Shown here one piece after another: positions 54,086 to 64,000 of a stretch of 64,000 bases of DNA. The stretch is from IMG/VR virus record IMGVR_UViG_3300006143_000275. One strand, written 5' to 3'. Both the position numbers and the translations under genes were made by a program. Numbering within the stretch: the stretch's first letter is position 1; every line of letters begins with the position of its first letter. This DNA comes from a virus. Taxonomy: Duplodnaviria > Heunggongvirae > Uroviricota > Caudoviricetes. The notes below the pieces were generated by a model that did not search any database, was not told where the DNA came from, and worked only from the letters and a program-made list of their open reading frames with translations.

Positions 54086-55651
54086 ATGGATAACCAAATC
54101 CGTCTGCAGTTCACTTCCTCTATCGAAGATATTTGCGATATTAACGAGTCGTTTGCCTCTGCCCGTCTGAAGGCATTTTATCTTGGCGGGAATCGGAATG
54201 GCTCATTTATCAACAAGTCAAGTACAGAAGATGCAATTCCATCAATGTTCAACTGTCCAATCGTATGTAATTACGATGTAGAGTCCGATACGATTGGCGG
54301 CCATGACATAGATATTGTGGCCACCGATTCTGGCGATGTTAAGCTGATCAATTTGACATCGGCTGTCGGCGTTATTCCGATGGGGGCAAAATACAGTTTT
54401 GAAAAGATCGAGGAAGAAGACGGGTCTGTTCATGAGTATTTTATTGTGGACGCGATCCTATGGAAACGCTCTCCCGCTTATGACAAGATTAAGCGAGATG
54501 GAATCGTATCTCAGTCGATGGAGATTACAGTTACCGAAGGACACATGCAGGGAGACCTGTATGTGATCGAGAAGTTTATCTTCACAGCGTTCTGCCTGCT
54601 CGGTGAGGGCGTAGAGCCCTGTTTTGAATCTGCATCACTGCAGTTATTTGATAGAGGAAACTGTAGGCAACAATTTGCTCTGATGATGAAAGAGTTGAAA
54701 CAAAACATCAAATCGGTCAATCCATCTATTCAGGATGACAATAATACACAAAATTTCGCAACGGAAGGAGGAGAAAAGGAGTTGGACGAGAAAAAGAAGC
54801 TGGCCGCTGAATATGGACTCGATATTGAGAGTCTGGGCTTTTCCGTGGACGATATGTCTCTCGATGAACTGCGGACAAAGTTTGAGGAAATGAAAGCCGC
54901 CAGCAATGACAACAACGGCGAAAACGGCACACAGGACTTCTCTCTGGAAGGCACATTCCGTGATGAACTCCTCAATGCGCTTTACGAGGAGAAGGTTGGG
55001 ACTTCGTGGGGTATGGACTCCCATTATTGGTTCTGGGATTACGACAGGGATTTGTCTGAGGTGTATGCGACAGATACATGCGACTGGAATCTGTATGGGT
55101 TTGGATTTTCCATGGACGGCGACCGCGTCGTGATCGATTTTGCCAGCAAGAAGCGCATGAAGCTCGCTGTTGAGCCCTTTAACGAGGGGAGCGCGGATTC
55201 TCCATATCGAGAGATGTTCAATGCGGTCCTTGAAAAATCGGTTGCCGCAAAAACAAGTGAACTCCAATCAAAGTTTGATACAGAGAAGGCTGAGTTGGAG
55301 GGAAAGTACCAAGCTGCGTTCGGGACAATCGAACAAATGAATACGGAACTTAACGAACTGCGCCAGTATAAGCAGCAGAAGCTCAGTGATGAGCGTGATG
55401 CCGCTGAGGGTGCAGTTTTTGCTATGTTCCCAGATCTGAATGGTATCGAGGCGTTTGAGAAGCTGCGCGAAAATTGCGCAGAGATGTCAATCGAAGATAT
55501 CGAGGACAAGTGCTTCGCTATTCGTGGACGGAATGCTTCAAACCAGACATTCTCTGCACAGAAGCAGAAGACACCGCGTCTGCCCATCGAAAAAGGCGCG
55601 GCTGATGAACCATACGGCGGGCTTTTTGTTGAGTTCCCACCACAGCGATAA
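54086..55651 (+). CDS. head morphogenesis / scaffold-like protein
   Basis: 521 aa with coiled-coil segments between portal and capsid genes. Confidence 0.35.
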   Translation: MDNQIRLQFTSSIEDICDINESFASARLKAFYLGGNRNGSFINKSSTEDAIPSMFNCPIVCNYDVESDTIGGHDIDIVATDSGDVKLINLTSAVGVIPMGAKYSFEKIEEEDGSVHEYFIVDAILWKRSPAYDKIKRDGIVSQSMEITVTEGHMQGDLYVIEKFIFTAFCLLGEGVEPCFESASLQLFDRGNCRQQFALMMKELKQNIKSVNPSIQDDNNTQNFATEGGEKELDEKKKLAAEYGLDIESLGFSVDDMSLDELRTKFEEMKAASNDNNGENGTQDFSLEGTFRDELLNALYEEKVGTSWGMDSHYWFWDYDRDLSEVYATDTCDWNLYGFGFSMDGDRVVIDFASKKRMKLAVEPFNEGSADSPYREMFNAVLEKSVAAKTSELQSKFDTEKAELEGKYQAAFGTIEQMNTELNELRQYKQQKLSDERDAAEGAVFAMFPDLNGIEAFEKLRENCAEMSIEDIEDKCFAIRGRNASNQTFSAQKQKTPRLPIEKGAADEPYGGLFVEFPPQR

Positions 55652-55680
55652 CGCTGTAACACTATAAGGAGGAATATATC

Positions 55681-56178
55681 ATGGCTTATACAGTTTTTCG
55701 GTCTGACCTGATGCACGGAACGGATTCTGGCGTGGATCTGGTCTCTGTCCGTGTCTATGATGCAAGTGACGAACCTATTGCCGTGGAGAATGGCGCCATT
55801 GTCGAGCTGAAGGAGTATGAGGACGGCGAGCGTGAGGTATGGAAGGGTGTTCTTGCGACCGCTTCCAGCAAGCTGTCTGATTGCGTCGTTATTGGCTCTG
55901 AGGAAGTCTTCTACGATGAGCGAAAGAAGAACCTGGATGAGTTTATCAACGATGCTGGCTCCATCTGCCGTGGGTACATCCTGCGCAGCCGCAATATGTT
56001 CAGCGTCACAAAGGAAGGCTTTGTTGGCGGCACTGCTCCCGCCAAGGGCGACGCCGTTGGTATCGGCGCAGACGGTAAGATCAATGCTTCCGGTTCTGGT
56101 CTGGGAACTACGCAGGCCGTTGAAGCTGCCGGTCGCTACACCTACTATGTGATCCGTATTGGTAATACGGAAGCCTAA
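55681..56178 (+). CDS. hypothetical head protein
   Basis: 165 aa, upstream of the capsid gene. Confidence 0.3.
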   Translation: MAYTVFRSDLMHGTDSGVDLVSVRVYDASDEPIAVENGAIVELKEYEDGEREVWKGVLATASSKLSDCVVIGSEEVFYDERKKNLDEFINDAGSICRGYILRSRNMFSVTKEGFVGGTAPAKGDAVGIGADGKINASGSGLGTTQAVEAAGRYTYYVIRIGNTEA

Positions 56179-56187
56179 TGAAGGAGG

Positions 56188-57213
56188 GTGAAAAAGATGG
56201 CTGAAATGAATGAAATTGTTCGGCTTGCTGTTGACGCTTATCATGGCGTTACCACTGGCAAGTATTCCATGAACGAGTCCATGGACACGCTGCGTCAGGC
56301 GCTGGTTGCCGCCAACAACGGTTCCACGAAGATGGACTATAAGGCGATCCGCGACGGTAAGTGCGTTGGCCTGTTTACTCTGATCGAGGAAATCCTGTCC
56401 CGCACTGTCGTCGAGGGTTTCCAGGGCGACGAGTATTTCAACGCTCTGGTCGATTTCCGCAATGTCGCCCTGGGCGACAAGAACATTTTTGAGGTCGAGG
56501 ACAGCAACTTGTTTGTGGTTGCCGACGCCACTGAGGGAACTCAGGGCATCCGCCGGCAGCGCCTCGGCGGGGTCACGCAGACCTCTATCCCCACTCATCT
56601 CAAGGTCGTTAAGATTTATGAGGAAATGAACCGGGTGCTGTCTGGTCAGGTGGACTTCAACTACTTCATCAACAAGGTCGCCGAATCCTTCCGCCGGAAG
56701 CTGCTGGATGACATCTACGGACTGTGGAGCACCGCCACTTCCGCTGACTTCGGTGGCACGACTTATTTCCCTGCTGCTGGTACATATGACGAGGACGCTC
56801 TGCTCGACCTGATTAACCATGTCGAGGCCGCCGCGAATGGCCGCAACGCAACCATCATCGGCACCAAGAAGGCTGTCCGCAATCTGGCGCCAGCTATTGA
56901 GGGTACAGATTCCAAGAGCGACCTGTATAACATGGGCTACTATGGCAAGTTCTATGGAACAAGCGTCGTGGTGACTCCTCAGCGCCACAAGGTCGGTTCT
57001 ACTGACTTTATCTTCCCCGACAACACCCTGACCATCATTGCCGGAGACGACAAGCCAATCAAGTGCGTGTATGAGGGTCAGTCCACTGTCATCATGGGCG
57101 ACATGTTCAAGAATGCCGATATGACCCAGGACTACTACTATGCTGATCGTTACGGCATGGGTATCGTCCTGGCTGGCGGCAACGCTGGCATCGGCCGTTA
57201 CGAGATGGCGTAA
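56188..57213 (+). CDS. major capsid protein (candidate)
   Basis: 341 aa; position and size typical of HK97-fold major capsid protein. Confidence 0.5.
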   Translation: MKKMAEMNEIVRLAVDAYHGVTTGKYSMNESMDTLRQALVAANNGSTKMDYKAIRDGKCVGLFTLIEEILSRTVVEGFQGDEYFNALVDFRNVALGDKNIFEVEDSNLFVVADATEGTQGIRRQRLGGVTQTSIPTHLKVVKIYEEMNRVLSGQVDFNYFINKVAESFRRKLLDDIYGLWSTATSADFGGTTYFPAAGTYDEDALLDLINHVEAAANGRNATIIGTKKAVRNLAPAIEGTDSKSDLYNMGYYGKFYGTSVVVTPQRHKVGSTDFIFPDNTLTIIAGDDKPIKCVYEGQSTVIMGDMFKNADMTQDYYYADRYGMGIVLAGGNAGIGRYEMA

Positions 57214-57288
57214 CAAAGACAACACCAAGTGGCAGCTTCGTGTTTTGCGGGGCTGCCACTTATATGCTGAATGAAAGGAATGTGAATC

Positions 57289-57891
57289 ATGCCTAATACT
57301 ACCACTGGCAGCAAGGTTCGGAAGACAACTGCCACATCAAAAAGCTCTACTAAAGCTAAAAAGGCGGTGGAGACGGTGCCTGCGGCTGCAGAAGTGGCTG
57401 CTGAAACGGTCGCCGCACCCGCAGAGAAACCAGTCTATAAGGTCAAGAATGACCTCAACCCCAATATGGTCGTTACAGTTAAGAACGGTTTCAACGGCAC
57501 ATTGGTGTATAAGAGCAAAAGAACCGGCGAGGTATTTGTATGGGATGTTTTCGGAAGCGAGCAGGAGATGGAACTGCAGGATCTGAAAGCAGCCAGGAAT
57601 ACATACAAGGCGTTTTTCATCAATAACTGGTTCCTGTTTGATGACCCGGAGGTTATCGAGTGGCTTGGTATGACGCAGTATTACAAGCACGCCCTGAACA
57701 GCGAATCCTTCAACGATCTGTTCTCTGGAACACCAGATGAGATCAAGGAGACTGTCGCTAAACTGTCTGACGGACAGAAAAAGTCCGTTGCGTTCCGTGC
57801 AAAACAGCTTATTCAGGAGGGCGAGATCGATTCGATCAAAGTCATCAATGCGTTGGAGGAAAGCCTCTCTATCGATCTGATTGAGAGATAA
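57289..57891 (+). CDS. hypothetical structural protein
   Basis: 200 aa. Confidence 0.3.
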   Translation: MPNTTTGSKVRKTTATSKSSTKAKKAVETVPAAAEVAAETVAAPAEKPVYKVKNDLNPNMVVTVKNGFNGTLVYKSKRTGEVFVWDVFGSEQEMELQDLKAARNTYKAFFINNWFLFDDPEVIEWLGMTQYYKHALNSESFNDLFSGTPDEIKETVAKLSDGQKKSVAFRAKQLIQEGEIDSIKVINALEESLSIDLIER

Positions 57892-57903
57892 CGGAGGTGT
57901 CTT

Positions 57904-58401
57904 ATGAACGTACCATACGATGTATTCGCCGGCGCATTTCTCGGGAAAGTTACTGAGTATGATTTTCTGCGGCTTGACGATTATGACAGGAACAAGACCG
58001 TGGATGGATATATGAAACGTGCTATCGCTGCGTTCAAGCATGTCTGTAAATATGACCTTACAAATACTGCGGATGACAACGTGCGAGAGTTCATCATCAA
58101 GACAGACAGAGATGATCCAGACGGAGAGTTGCAGAAACGATTGGATAAGGAATTGGAAGAAGACCTGGACGAAATCGTTGATATTGTATCGGAGGGTATG
58201 CTGGTACAATGGATGAAGCCGTACTTTTTCCGGGCAGACAATCTTGAAAATGTATTGAATACTGCGGATTTTTCAGCATATTCCCCGGCTGAATTGCTGT
58301 ATCGAATCACCAGCGCCTATAACGAAGCAAAGAGGGACTTCAGGAATATGGTGAGGGAATACTCGTATAACCATGGAGACTTGAGTAATCTTGCGCTATG
58401 A
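57904..58401 (+). CDS. hypothetical head-tail connector region protein
   Basis: 165 aa. Confidence 0.3.
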   Translation: MNVPYDVFAGAFLGKVTEYDFLRLDDYDRNKTVDGYMKRAIAAFKHVCKYDLTNTADDNVREFIIKTDRDDPDGELQKRLDKELEEDLDEIVDIVSEGMLVQWMKPYFFRADNLENVLNTADFSAYSPAELLYRITSAYNEAKRDFRNMVREYSYNHGDLSNLAL

Positions 58402-58727
58402 GAACGACAAATGGTTATAACATCCCTACTGAAATGGTTGGGAACTATTTGGGCGGCCTTGTGAACCAGTTCTTCAAAATTCTCCCCATTAAAGAAAGCG
58501 GGGAGCCCTCTTTGAACGAGTTCATGCGGAGCCTACAAGTGGAGCTGCTTGGGCATAAGGGCTTGATGCGGTATCTCAAATATGACTCCATGTATATGGC
58601 GCTTCTGTCAATTCTCCAATATCTGATTGACAATGATTGTGATACGCCGGTGGTTAAACGCGAAGTATTCAAGGCAATTTCGATTTGCAAAAAGCTACGA
58701 GAAAAATATTGCGGTGGGGAGGGGTGA
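58398..58727 (+). CDS. hypothetical protein
   Basis: 109 aa. Confidence 0.3.
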   Translation: MRTTNGYNIPTEMVGNYLGGLVNQFFKILPIKESGEPSLNEFMRSLQVELLGHKGLMRYLKYDSMYMALLSILQYLIDNDCDTPVVKREVFKAISICKKLREKYCGGEG

Positions 58728-58732
58728 TCTGA

Positions 58733-59545
58733 ATGAGTGTATGGAGCACTTATGAGGCGCGGTTTGCGCAAGGGAATCAGGATATGGACCCACGCTGGAA
58801 CTCCGCCCAAGATCACATCCAAAGCAGAATGCGTCGAAAGCTTGTTTCTTCCCTTTCGTATAAGCGCGTAAAGTGCTCAGGCGCAGATATGCAAATGGCG
58901 ATTGTCGATGTCTCAAATGATTTTGGGACTAAGAAAATCTTCTCCATGCCTGGCGAGACACTTCCACATGGATCAGTTATTGAATGGGAAGACTCGTATT
59001 GGCTAATCACAGAACTGAATGCCCATAAGGAGCTATGCTCTGAGGGGAAGATGCGGCGCTGCAACTACTACCTCAAATGGATCAATGATAAAGGCAATGT
59101 AATTGGTCGCTGGTGTGTCGTTGAAGACGGAACTAAGTATCTGATTGGTGAACGCGAAGAAGATACTATGTCGATTGGTGATGCCAGAATGGCTGTTACT
59201 ATCGGCAAGGACACGGAGACAAGCCAAATCAGTCGTGGAAGGAGATTCCTGATTGACGATATAGACTCGAAAGATGTGCTTGCGTTCGAGGTAACAAAGC
59301 CCAATAAGATGTTCAATGTCTTCAATGGTAAAGGTGTATTTCGGTTTATCATGGGAGAGTCAAATCTGACAGACAATGATAATACTCAGTTGCGAATTGC
59401 AGATTATTATAGCTGGAAGCCACGGACTGACCGTATTACGCCAGACACCAAGATAGAGGCGACATTTGAAGAAATTGCGGCTGCGGCTGTCGAGAAGGAT
59501 AAGGCCACACAAGAAGAAATTGAGAGAAATGGGGTGTGGTTGTAA
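58733..59545 (+). CDS. hypothetical protein
   Basis: 270 aa. Confidence 0.3.
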   Translation: MSVWSTYEARFAQGNQDMDPRWNSAQDHIQSRMRRKLVSSLSYKRVKCSGADMQMAIVDVSNDFGTKKIFSMPGETLPHGSVIEWEDSYWLITELNAHKELCSEGKMRRCNYYLKWINDKGNVIGRWCVVEDGTKYLIGEREEDTMSIGDARMAVTIGKDTETSQISRGRRFLIDDIDSKDVLAFEVTKPNKMFNVFNGKGVFRFIMGESNLTDNDNTQLRIADYYSWKPRTDRITPDTKIEATFEEIAAAAVEKDKATQEEIERNGVWL

Positions 59546-60042
59546 TGCTTCTTAATGAATTTTTTGACTACAAGAACAAGCTGATGGAAACGTTGTGCAA
59601 GAACGAGAATATTGTCAGGTTAGTGACAGATAGCGAGAGCGCACCGGTTCCAAATTACAGCTTGGCATACACTCAACTATTTCCGTTTGAATACATCCCG
59701 GAGACTGTGGATGATGGCAGAATATTCATCTGCTTTGATGTGGATATCGCACAAGTATACGACAAGACATATTACGAGCCAGTGCTTTACTTATGGGTGT
59801 TCGCCCATAAAAGCAAAATGCGTTTGAGTCAAGGTGGCATTCGCACGGATCAACTGGCCGTTGAAATCAACAAGGAGCTAAACGGCAGCAGATATTTTGG
59901 GCTTGGCGAATTGGATCTGTATTCAGTGGGCAGGTTTTCCCCGATTTCAGATTACCAAGGCCGCGTTATGACATATGCGGCAAAGGACTTTAATCGTCTT
60001 GGCATATCCAAAAAGCCGCCGGCAAATCGTAAGAGGCCATGA
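59536..60042 (+). CDS. hypothetical protein
   Basis: 168 aa. Confidence 0.3.
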   Translation: MVVMLLNEFFDYKNKLMETLCKNENIVRLVTDSESAPVPNYSLAYTQLFPFEYIPETVDDGRIFICFDVDIAQVYDKTYYEPVLYLWVFAHKSKMRLSQGGIRTDQLAVEINKELNGSRYFGLGELDLYSVGRFSPISDYQGRVMTYAAKDFNRLGISKKPPANRKRP

Positions 60043-60752
60043 GTAGCGGGTATTTGTATGCGCGATCTTTCCCGGTCAATGATTACATCTCAATCACAAT
60101 ACCAACAGTTGGTCAGATATGGGATAACGAAGCCGAATATTATGGTCTTATTACATCCATCATCGCAACCCCGTCAGACTTCATGGTTCAGCTTGACGAT
60201 ATAGGAATCGACTTTTCCTCGATTTCATCGTTCGAGCTTTTTTTATTACTTTTTAACGGAATCAGGTCAACAGACACAAGCCTTGTTTTTGGGGACCTCG
60301 ATCTATCCGGATTCAAAACGGCAATCAACGAGAAGAACGGGAAAGTTGTCCTGGTGGATCAGGATAAAGATATTGTGATAGATCGGGCTATTCATGACCA
60401 GATTCGGAGAGTGATACGCAAGATCAACCACCTTGAAAAGAGCGACAAAAATCCCGGCAATGAAGAAGCCAAAAAATACATGATCGAACGTGCACGCATC
60501 AAGCAAAAGAGAGCGGCACGCAGACCGCATAAGTCGCAGTTGGAAGACCTGATTATTGCGATGGTCAACACCGAGCAATACAAGTACGGGTACGAGGAAA
60601 CAAGAGACTTAACGATTTACCAGTTTCACGCCAGTGTTTATCAAATTATCAGGAAGATCAATTACGACAACACAATGATCGGCTGCTATGCAGGGACGAT
60701 CAACGCAAAGGAATTGAGCCAGGATCGACTAAACTGGCTGACATCAAAATAG
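60039..60752 (+). CDS. hypothetical protein
   Basis: 237 aa. Confidence 0.3.
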   Translation: MSSGYLYARSFPVNDYISITIPTVGQIWDNEAEYYGLITSIIATPSDFMVQLDDIGIDFSSISSFELFLLLFNGIRSTDTSLVFGDLDLSGFKTAINEKNGKVVLVDQDKDIVIDRAIHDQIRRVIRKINHLEKSDKNPGNEEAKKYMIERARIKQKRAARRPHKSQLEDLIIAMVNTEQYKYGYEETRDLTIYQFHASVYQIIRKINYDNTMIGCYAGTINAKELSQDRLNWLTSK

Positions 60753-60756
60753 GAGG

Positions 60757-61614
60757 ATGATATCAATGGTTAATGTCAACGATATTACCGTGACCAGTAT
60801 CGAAACGATCACTGCGTTTGACATCAGTTCAGGTGCGTTCAAGTGGGTCCTGGACGAACTTCAGAACGCGACAATCGCAAACACGCAGGAAACGACCGAC
60901 ATCACCGGTAAGCAGGGACGGCTGCTGAACACGCTGAAGAAGAACAAGGCTGTGACTGTGAGCGGCAGCAACGGTCTGATCTCCGGCGGCCTGCTTGAGA
61001 CCCAGACCGGCAGCGCCTTTGAAAAGAAGATGACTTCCATCATGTACCCCGACTACCTGACTGTGGCTGGCAACAAGGCGACTACATCCTACAAGGCAGT
61101 CGGCACCGCCGGTAATGAGATTGAGACCATCTATATCCGCAATAACGATGGTACGCTTGGCACAGCGCTGACCCAGGATTCTGCCGTCGGCCCCGGCAAG
61201 TTCACCTACGACCCCGACACCCGCGAGATCGAGTTCTATCCTGGTGATTCGGCTGCTGATCCTGCTGTTCCGGCTGACGTTGCGGACGGCGAAGAGATCG
61301 CCGTGTACTACTTCCGCAAGATTCAGGCCAATGTGCTGGAGAACCTTTCTGACCACTATTCCGAGAAGGTGTCTCTGTACGTGGACGCTTTTGCCGAGGA
61401 CAAGTGCGCCAATGTGTTCCGTGTGCAGTTCTACATCCCGAAGGCCGACTTCAACGGCAACTTTGACCTGGAGTTCGGCGAGAACCAGAGCGCCCATGCG
61501 TTCGAGGCCCGTTCTCTTGCTGGCAGCGCTTGTAACGGTGCAGGCAATGGCAATTCCGGTGCTACCCTGTGGACTTATACCATTTTTGGCGAAGATACCC
61601 CTGACGCTGAGTAA
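60757..61614 (+). CDS. major tail (tube) protein candidate
   Basis: 285 aa; position after the head-tail joining genes. Confidence 0.4.
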   Translation: MISMVNVNDITVTSIETITAFDISSGAFKWVLDELQNATIANTQETTDITGKQGRLLNTLKKNKAVTVSGSNGLISGGLLETQTGSAFEKKMTSIMYPDYLTVAGNKATTSYKAVGTAGNEIETIYIRNNDGTLGTALTQDSAVGPGKFTYDPDTREIEFYPGDSAADPAVPADVADGEEIAVYYFRKIQANVLENLSDHYSEKVSLYVDAFAEDKCANVFRVQFYIPKADFNGNFDLEFGENQSAHAFEARSLAGSACNGAGNGNSGATLWTYTIFGEDTPDAE

Positions 61615-61622
61615 TTTGCGAG

Positions 61623-61934
61623 GTGGTAACTATGCCAAAACAGACGAAGGTATGTCGCGTTTGCGGTAAGACTTATGAGTCCTGCCGCAGTATCAAAAAC
61701 GGCAGCGGCGTCTTCAACTGGCGTGAGATGTGCTGTTCTCCTGAGTGCGGGCAGACTTACTTCCAGCGCGTGCAGGAGGCCCGTAATCCGGCTCCTAAGC
61801 CGAAGGACAGGAAAGTACATACCCGGCGCGAGGTGGCCATCAGACAGGCTCCTGTGGCCTCTGAGACGGCCTCTGCTGTCAAGCAGGACATTCAGCCCGC
61901 AGAGCCAGAAGTTGACGCGCCTGCAGAAAACTAA
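61623..61934 (+). CDS. small zinc-ribbon protein
   Basis: CRVCGK...CCSPECG. Confidence 0.3.
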   Translation: MVTMPKQTKVCRVCGKTYESCRSIKNGSGVFNWREMCCSPECGQTYFQRVQEARNPAPKPKDRKVHTRREVAIRQAPVASETASAVKQDIQPAEPEVDAPAEN

Positions 61935-61982
61935 ATTCTTTGGGGAGGAGGAGAAGAAAGATCTCCCCTCCCCTGTTTTTGT

Positions 61983-62552
61983 GTGGTGATATATTTGAAC
62001 ATCCTTGCAATCGACCAGGCGCGGAATGGGGCTTGGGCTGTCTTTGACTATGAGAAAGGCGAGCTGATTGGGTATGGCACGTTTGAGTTTTCTCTTGAGA
62101 AGTATACATACGCAAAAGCAATTATGCACATCAAAGAGCTGATTGCAGCGGTGTTGAAAACATACGACATTGACGCTGTGTTTATTGAGGACATACAGAT
62201 GCGCGTTTCAGTGTCTTCATTCAAGAAGCTGGCACAGCTTCAGGGCGTCCTCGTTAACCTTTTTGAGGAGAACGAATACTTGTATGGCTATATTGCGCCA
62301 TCGCAATGGCAGAATTTCTGTCGTGCGCGTGGGCGTAACACAAAAGAAAAAAGCGCCCGTGTGCTTGCTCTTGAAAGGTCAGGCGTGAAACAGTCAAAGA
62401 TCCTTTCCATACAGTTCATAAAAGACCAGTTTGGTATAGATACAGAGAACGATAACTTGGCAGACGCGATATGCCAAGGGTATTACATCGTAAATGCTGT
62501 TGAAATACTGAAAAAGGACAAGGTGCTCCGCAAACGCGGAGATAAGAAATAA
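61983..62552 (+). CDS. RuvC-like Holliday junction resolvase
   Basis: LAIDQARNGAWAV...FIEDIQM...DAICQGYY RuvC/YqgF-like catalytic acidic residues. Confidence 0.55.
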   Translation: MVIYLNILAIDQARNGAWAVFDYEKGELIGYGTFEFSLEKYTYAKAIMHIKELIAAVLKTYDIDAVFIEDIQMRVSVSSFKKLAQLQGVLVNLFEENEYLYGYIAPSQWQNFCRARGRNTKEKSARVLALERSGVKQSKILSIQFIKDQFGIDTENDNLADAICQGYYIVNAVEILKKDKVLRKRGDKK

Positions 62553-62564
62553 AGGAGAATCGCT

Positions 62565-63227
62565 ATGAGCAAGAAGTCGAATCGAATTTCTATCAATAAA
62601 CTTGAATCCATTGTGCAGAACAACACCGTTACGGTTCCTATGGATGGGAACCCTGATATTGAGATCATAATCCGTCGTATTCTTCCCCTGCAGGAAGTTC
62701 TCCAGTTTGTTGAGGACGTTGTGTCTTCCTGCATTGATGTGGAGACTGGACAGTACATCCCTGAAATCCAGGCATTCACAGTCAGAGCGTCTGTTTTGAC
62801 GCGATATGCGAATTTTACGCTTCCCAAAGATCCAGAAAAGCAATATGACCTGATCTACAATACGGACGCATTTCAGCAGGTAATGGGGCACATTGACCGG
62901 GTGCAGTACGACGAAATTCTGTACGCTATCAACGAGCGTATTCGTCATGGTGTCGCTATGGCAGAGAATGCACTTGCAGCCCAGATGGCAGAACTGACCG
63001 CAAAGTTGAATTCCTTTATCAACAACAGCGAAGAACTGTTTGGTTCTGTTAAGGGGGACGACATGGCTACGCTGGTGAAGAATCTTGCCAATGCCGGTAG
63101 CATTGATGAGAGCAAGCTGGTTGAGGCTGTGTTTGATGCGCAGAAGAAGACGAATGAGCATCCCAATGATAATGTCGTAGTGGCTTCTGACGGAGACGTT
63201 GTTACGCTTCGCAAGAGGAAGGTCTGA
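62565..63227 (+). CDS. hypothetical protein (tail assembly region)
   Basis: 220 aa. Confidence 0.3.
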   Translation: MSKKSNRISINKLESIVQNNTVTVPMDGNPDIEIIIRRILPLQEVLQFVEDVVSSCIDVETGQYIPEIQAFTVRASVLTRYANFTLPKDPEKQYDLIYNTDAFQQVMGHIDRVQYDEILYAINERIRHGVAMAENALAAQMAELTAKLNSFINNSEELFGSVKGDDMATLVKNLANAGSIDESKLVEAVFDAQKKTNEHPNDNVVVASDGDVVTLRKRKV

Positions 63228-63232
63228 TAGCA

Positions 63233-63688
63233 ATGCCTGATTATGGTAGCTGGGAAGAACTTTGTGATGCAGCGCAAAAGAAGTGCCATGATGTTTTGAA
63301 ACGAGATGTGGCACCTGTTGCAAAGGAAATTGTTAAAAAACATATCCAGAGTGACATTTATGATGTATACACTCCAACTCCACATGGGTGGGTTAACGGA
63401 ACGACATATCAACGCCGCCATGTACTTAACAGCTCTGTATATTGCGAGTTTGTGAATGATGATGAAATCATGGTGACAAGCAGGGCGACCGCGTCGAAGT
63501 CGGTTGTTCCTGGGTACAGCTTCCATAACAGGCGGCCTGGATCATTTCTGAAGTTATTAGAGACAGGAAGAATGGGAATCTGGAGGAATGGATTCCCAAG
63601 ACCTGCAATCGGTAATGCGCAAAAAGAAATAGATCATAGTTCGGCAATTCGGAATGCAATACAGTCCGGGCTGGACAGATATTTTTAA
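63233..63688 (+). CDS. hypothetical protein
   Basis: 151 aa. Confidence 0.3.
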   Translation: MPDYGSWEELCDAAQKKCHDVLKRDVAPVAKEIVKKHIQSDIYDVYTPTPHGWVNGTTYQRRHVLNSSVYCEFVNDDEIMVTSRATASKSVVPGYSFHNRRPGSFLKLLETGRMGIWRNGFPRPAIGNAQKEIDHSSAIRNAIQSGLDRYF

Positions 63689-63740
63689 TCATTGATGGGC
63701 GGGAGAAATCCTGCCCATTTTTCTAAGGACGGTGATAAAA

Positions 63741-64000
63741 ATGGCAGGTTTTGGCGCGAAGGTTAAACTTACTGTTGATCGGTCGAGTAAGGCTGAGTTC
63801 AACAAGCAAATCAACAGCATGGTCGGTCAGATCAAGATCAGCAATAAGTTCACGGTTCTGCAAAAGGACATGGACCGCGTGAGAAAAGAAGCGCAAGCCA
63901 TGCTGAACAGCAACCCAATGACCTTGAAGGTGAACAAGATTGACTGTTCTGCCGCCGTAACGAATGTAAAGAAGCAACTCCAGACAATGCTCAGCTCTCT
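63741..64000 (+). CDS. partial ORF at the window end (possible tape-measure N-terminus)
   Basis: ATG after GGTGATAAAAATGG; runs off the window. Confidence 0.2.
   Translation, partial: MAGFGAKVKLTVDRSSKAEFNKQINSMVGQIKISNKFTVLQKDMDRVRKEAQAMLNSNPMTLKVNKIDCSAAVTNVKKQLQTMLSS

Noticed and set aside
55039-57228. 729-aa minus-strand ORF across the capsid region
   Set aside because: Antisense to the scaffold, head and major-capsid genes on the plus arm. Ala/Ser/Leu-rich composition typical of an antisense read of a GC-rich coding strand.
57337-58209. 290-aa minus ORF, plus 60829-61497, 62394-63323 and 62945-63526 minus ORFs
   Set aside because: All antisense to co-directional structural genes of the plus arm.
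1-64000. CRISPR arrays
   Set aside because: No regularly spaced direct repeats with unique spacers found. The repeats present are dispersed and in regulatory positions.

Overview
This window reads as a large segment of a tailed, integrase-encoding phage or prophage (GC about 50%, strong AGGAGG-type ribosome-binding sites; the host is probably a Firmicutes/Clostridia-like bacterium). Two gene arms diverge from a control region at about 40.7-41.1 kb.

The plus-strand arm (41.1-64 kb) encodes an integrase behind a textbook sigma70 promoter, replication proteins, a 918-aa protein with an NADFDGD-like catalytic motif (possibly a YonO-like RNA polymerase), an SbcD-like nuclease, HU, terminase small and large subunits, portal, capsid and tail genes, and a RuvC-like resolvase.

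The minus-strand arm (about 0.2-40.6 kb) is an accessory arm. It contains:
- a host-like ABC transporter operon (199-4454);
- an NAD+ salvage module (pncA, prs, nadV, nadE) with a frameshifted macro-domain gene;
- two paralogous radical-SAM proteins;
- at least eleven tRNAs, including an initiator-like tRNA-Met on the plus strand, plus a tmRNA;
- a retron-type reverse transcriptase with a long structured upstream leader;
- a Ubl-like / large protein / JAB / ThiF(E1) operon resembling a ubiquitin-like conjugation system;
- a family of small proteins sharing a ubiquitin-like C-terminal tail, several of which end in G8-G9 homopolymer tracts placed exactly on Gly-Gly codons.

A conserved hairpin-containing motif of about 45-55 bp recurs five times at cassette boundaries, with compensatory base changes that preserve the stem. 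There are also two anticodon-less or expanded tRNA-like elements and a GATC cluster with 10-bp periodicity.

Coordinates of non-ORF features were read by eye and may be off by 1-2 nt. All functional calls rest on motif recognition without database searches.
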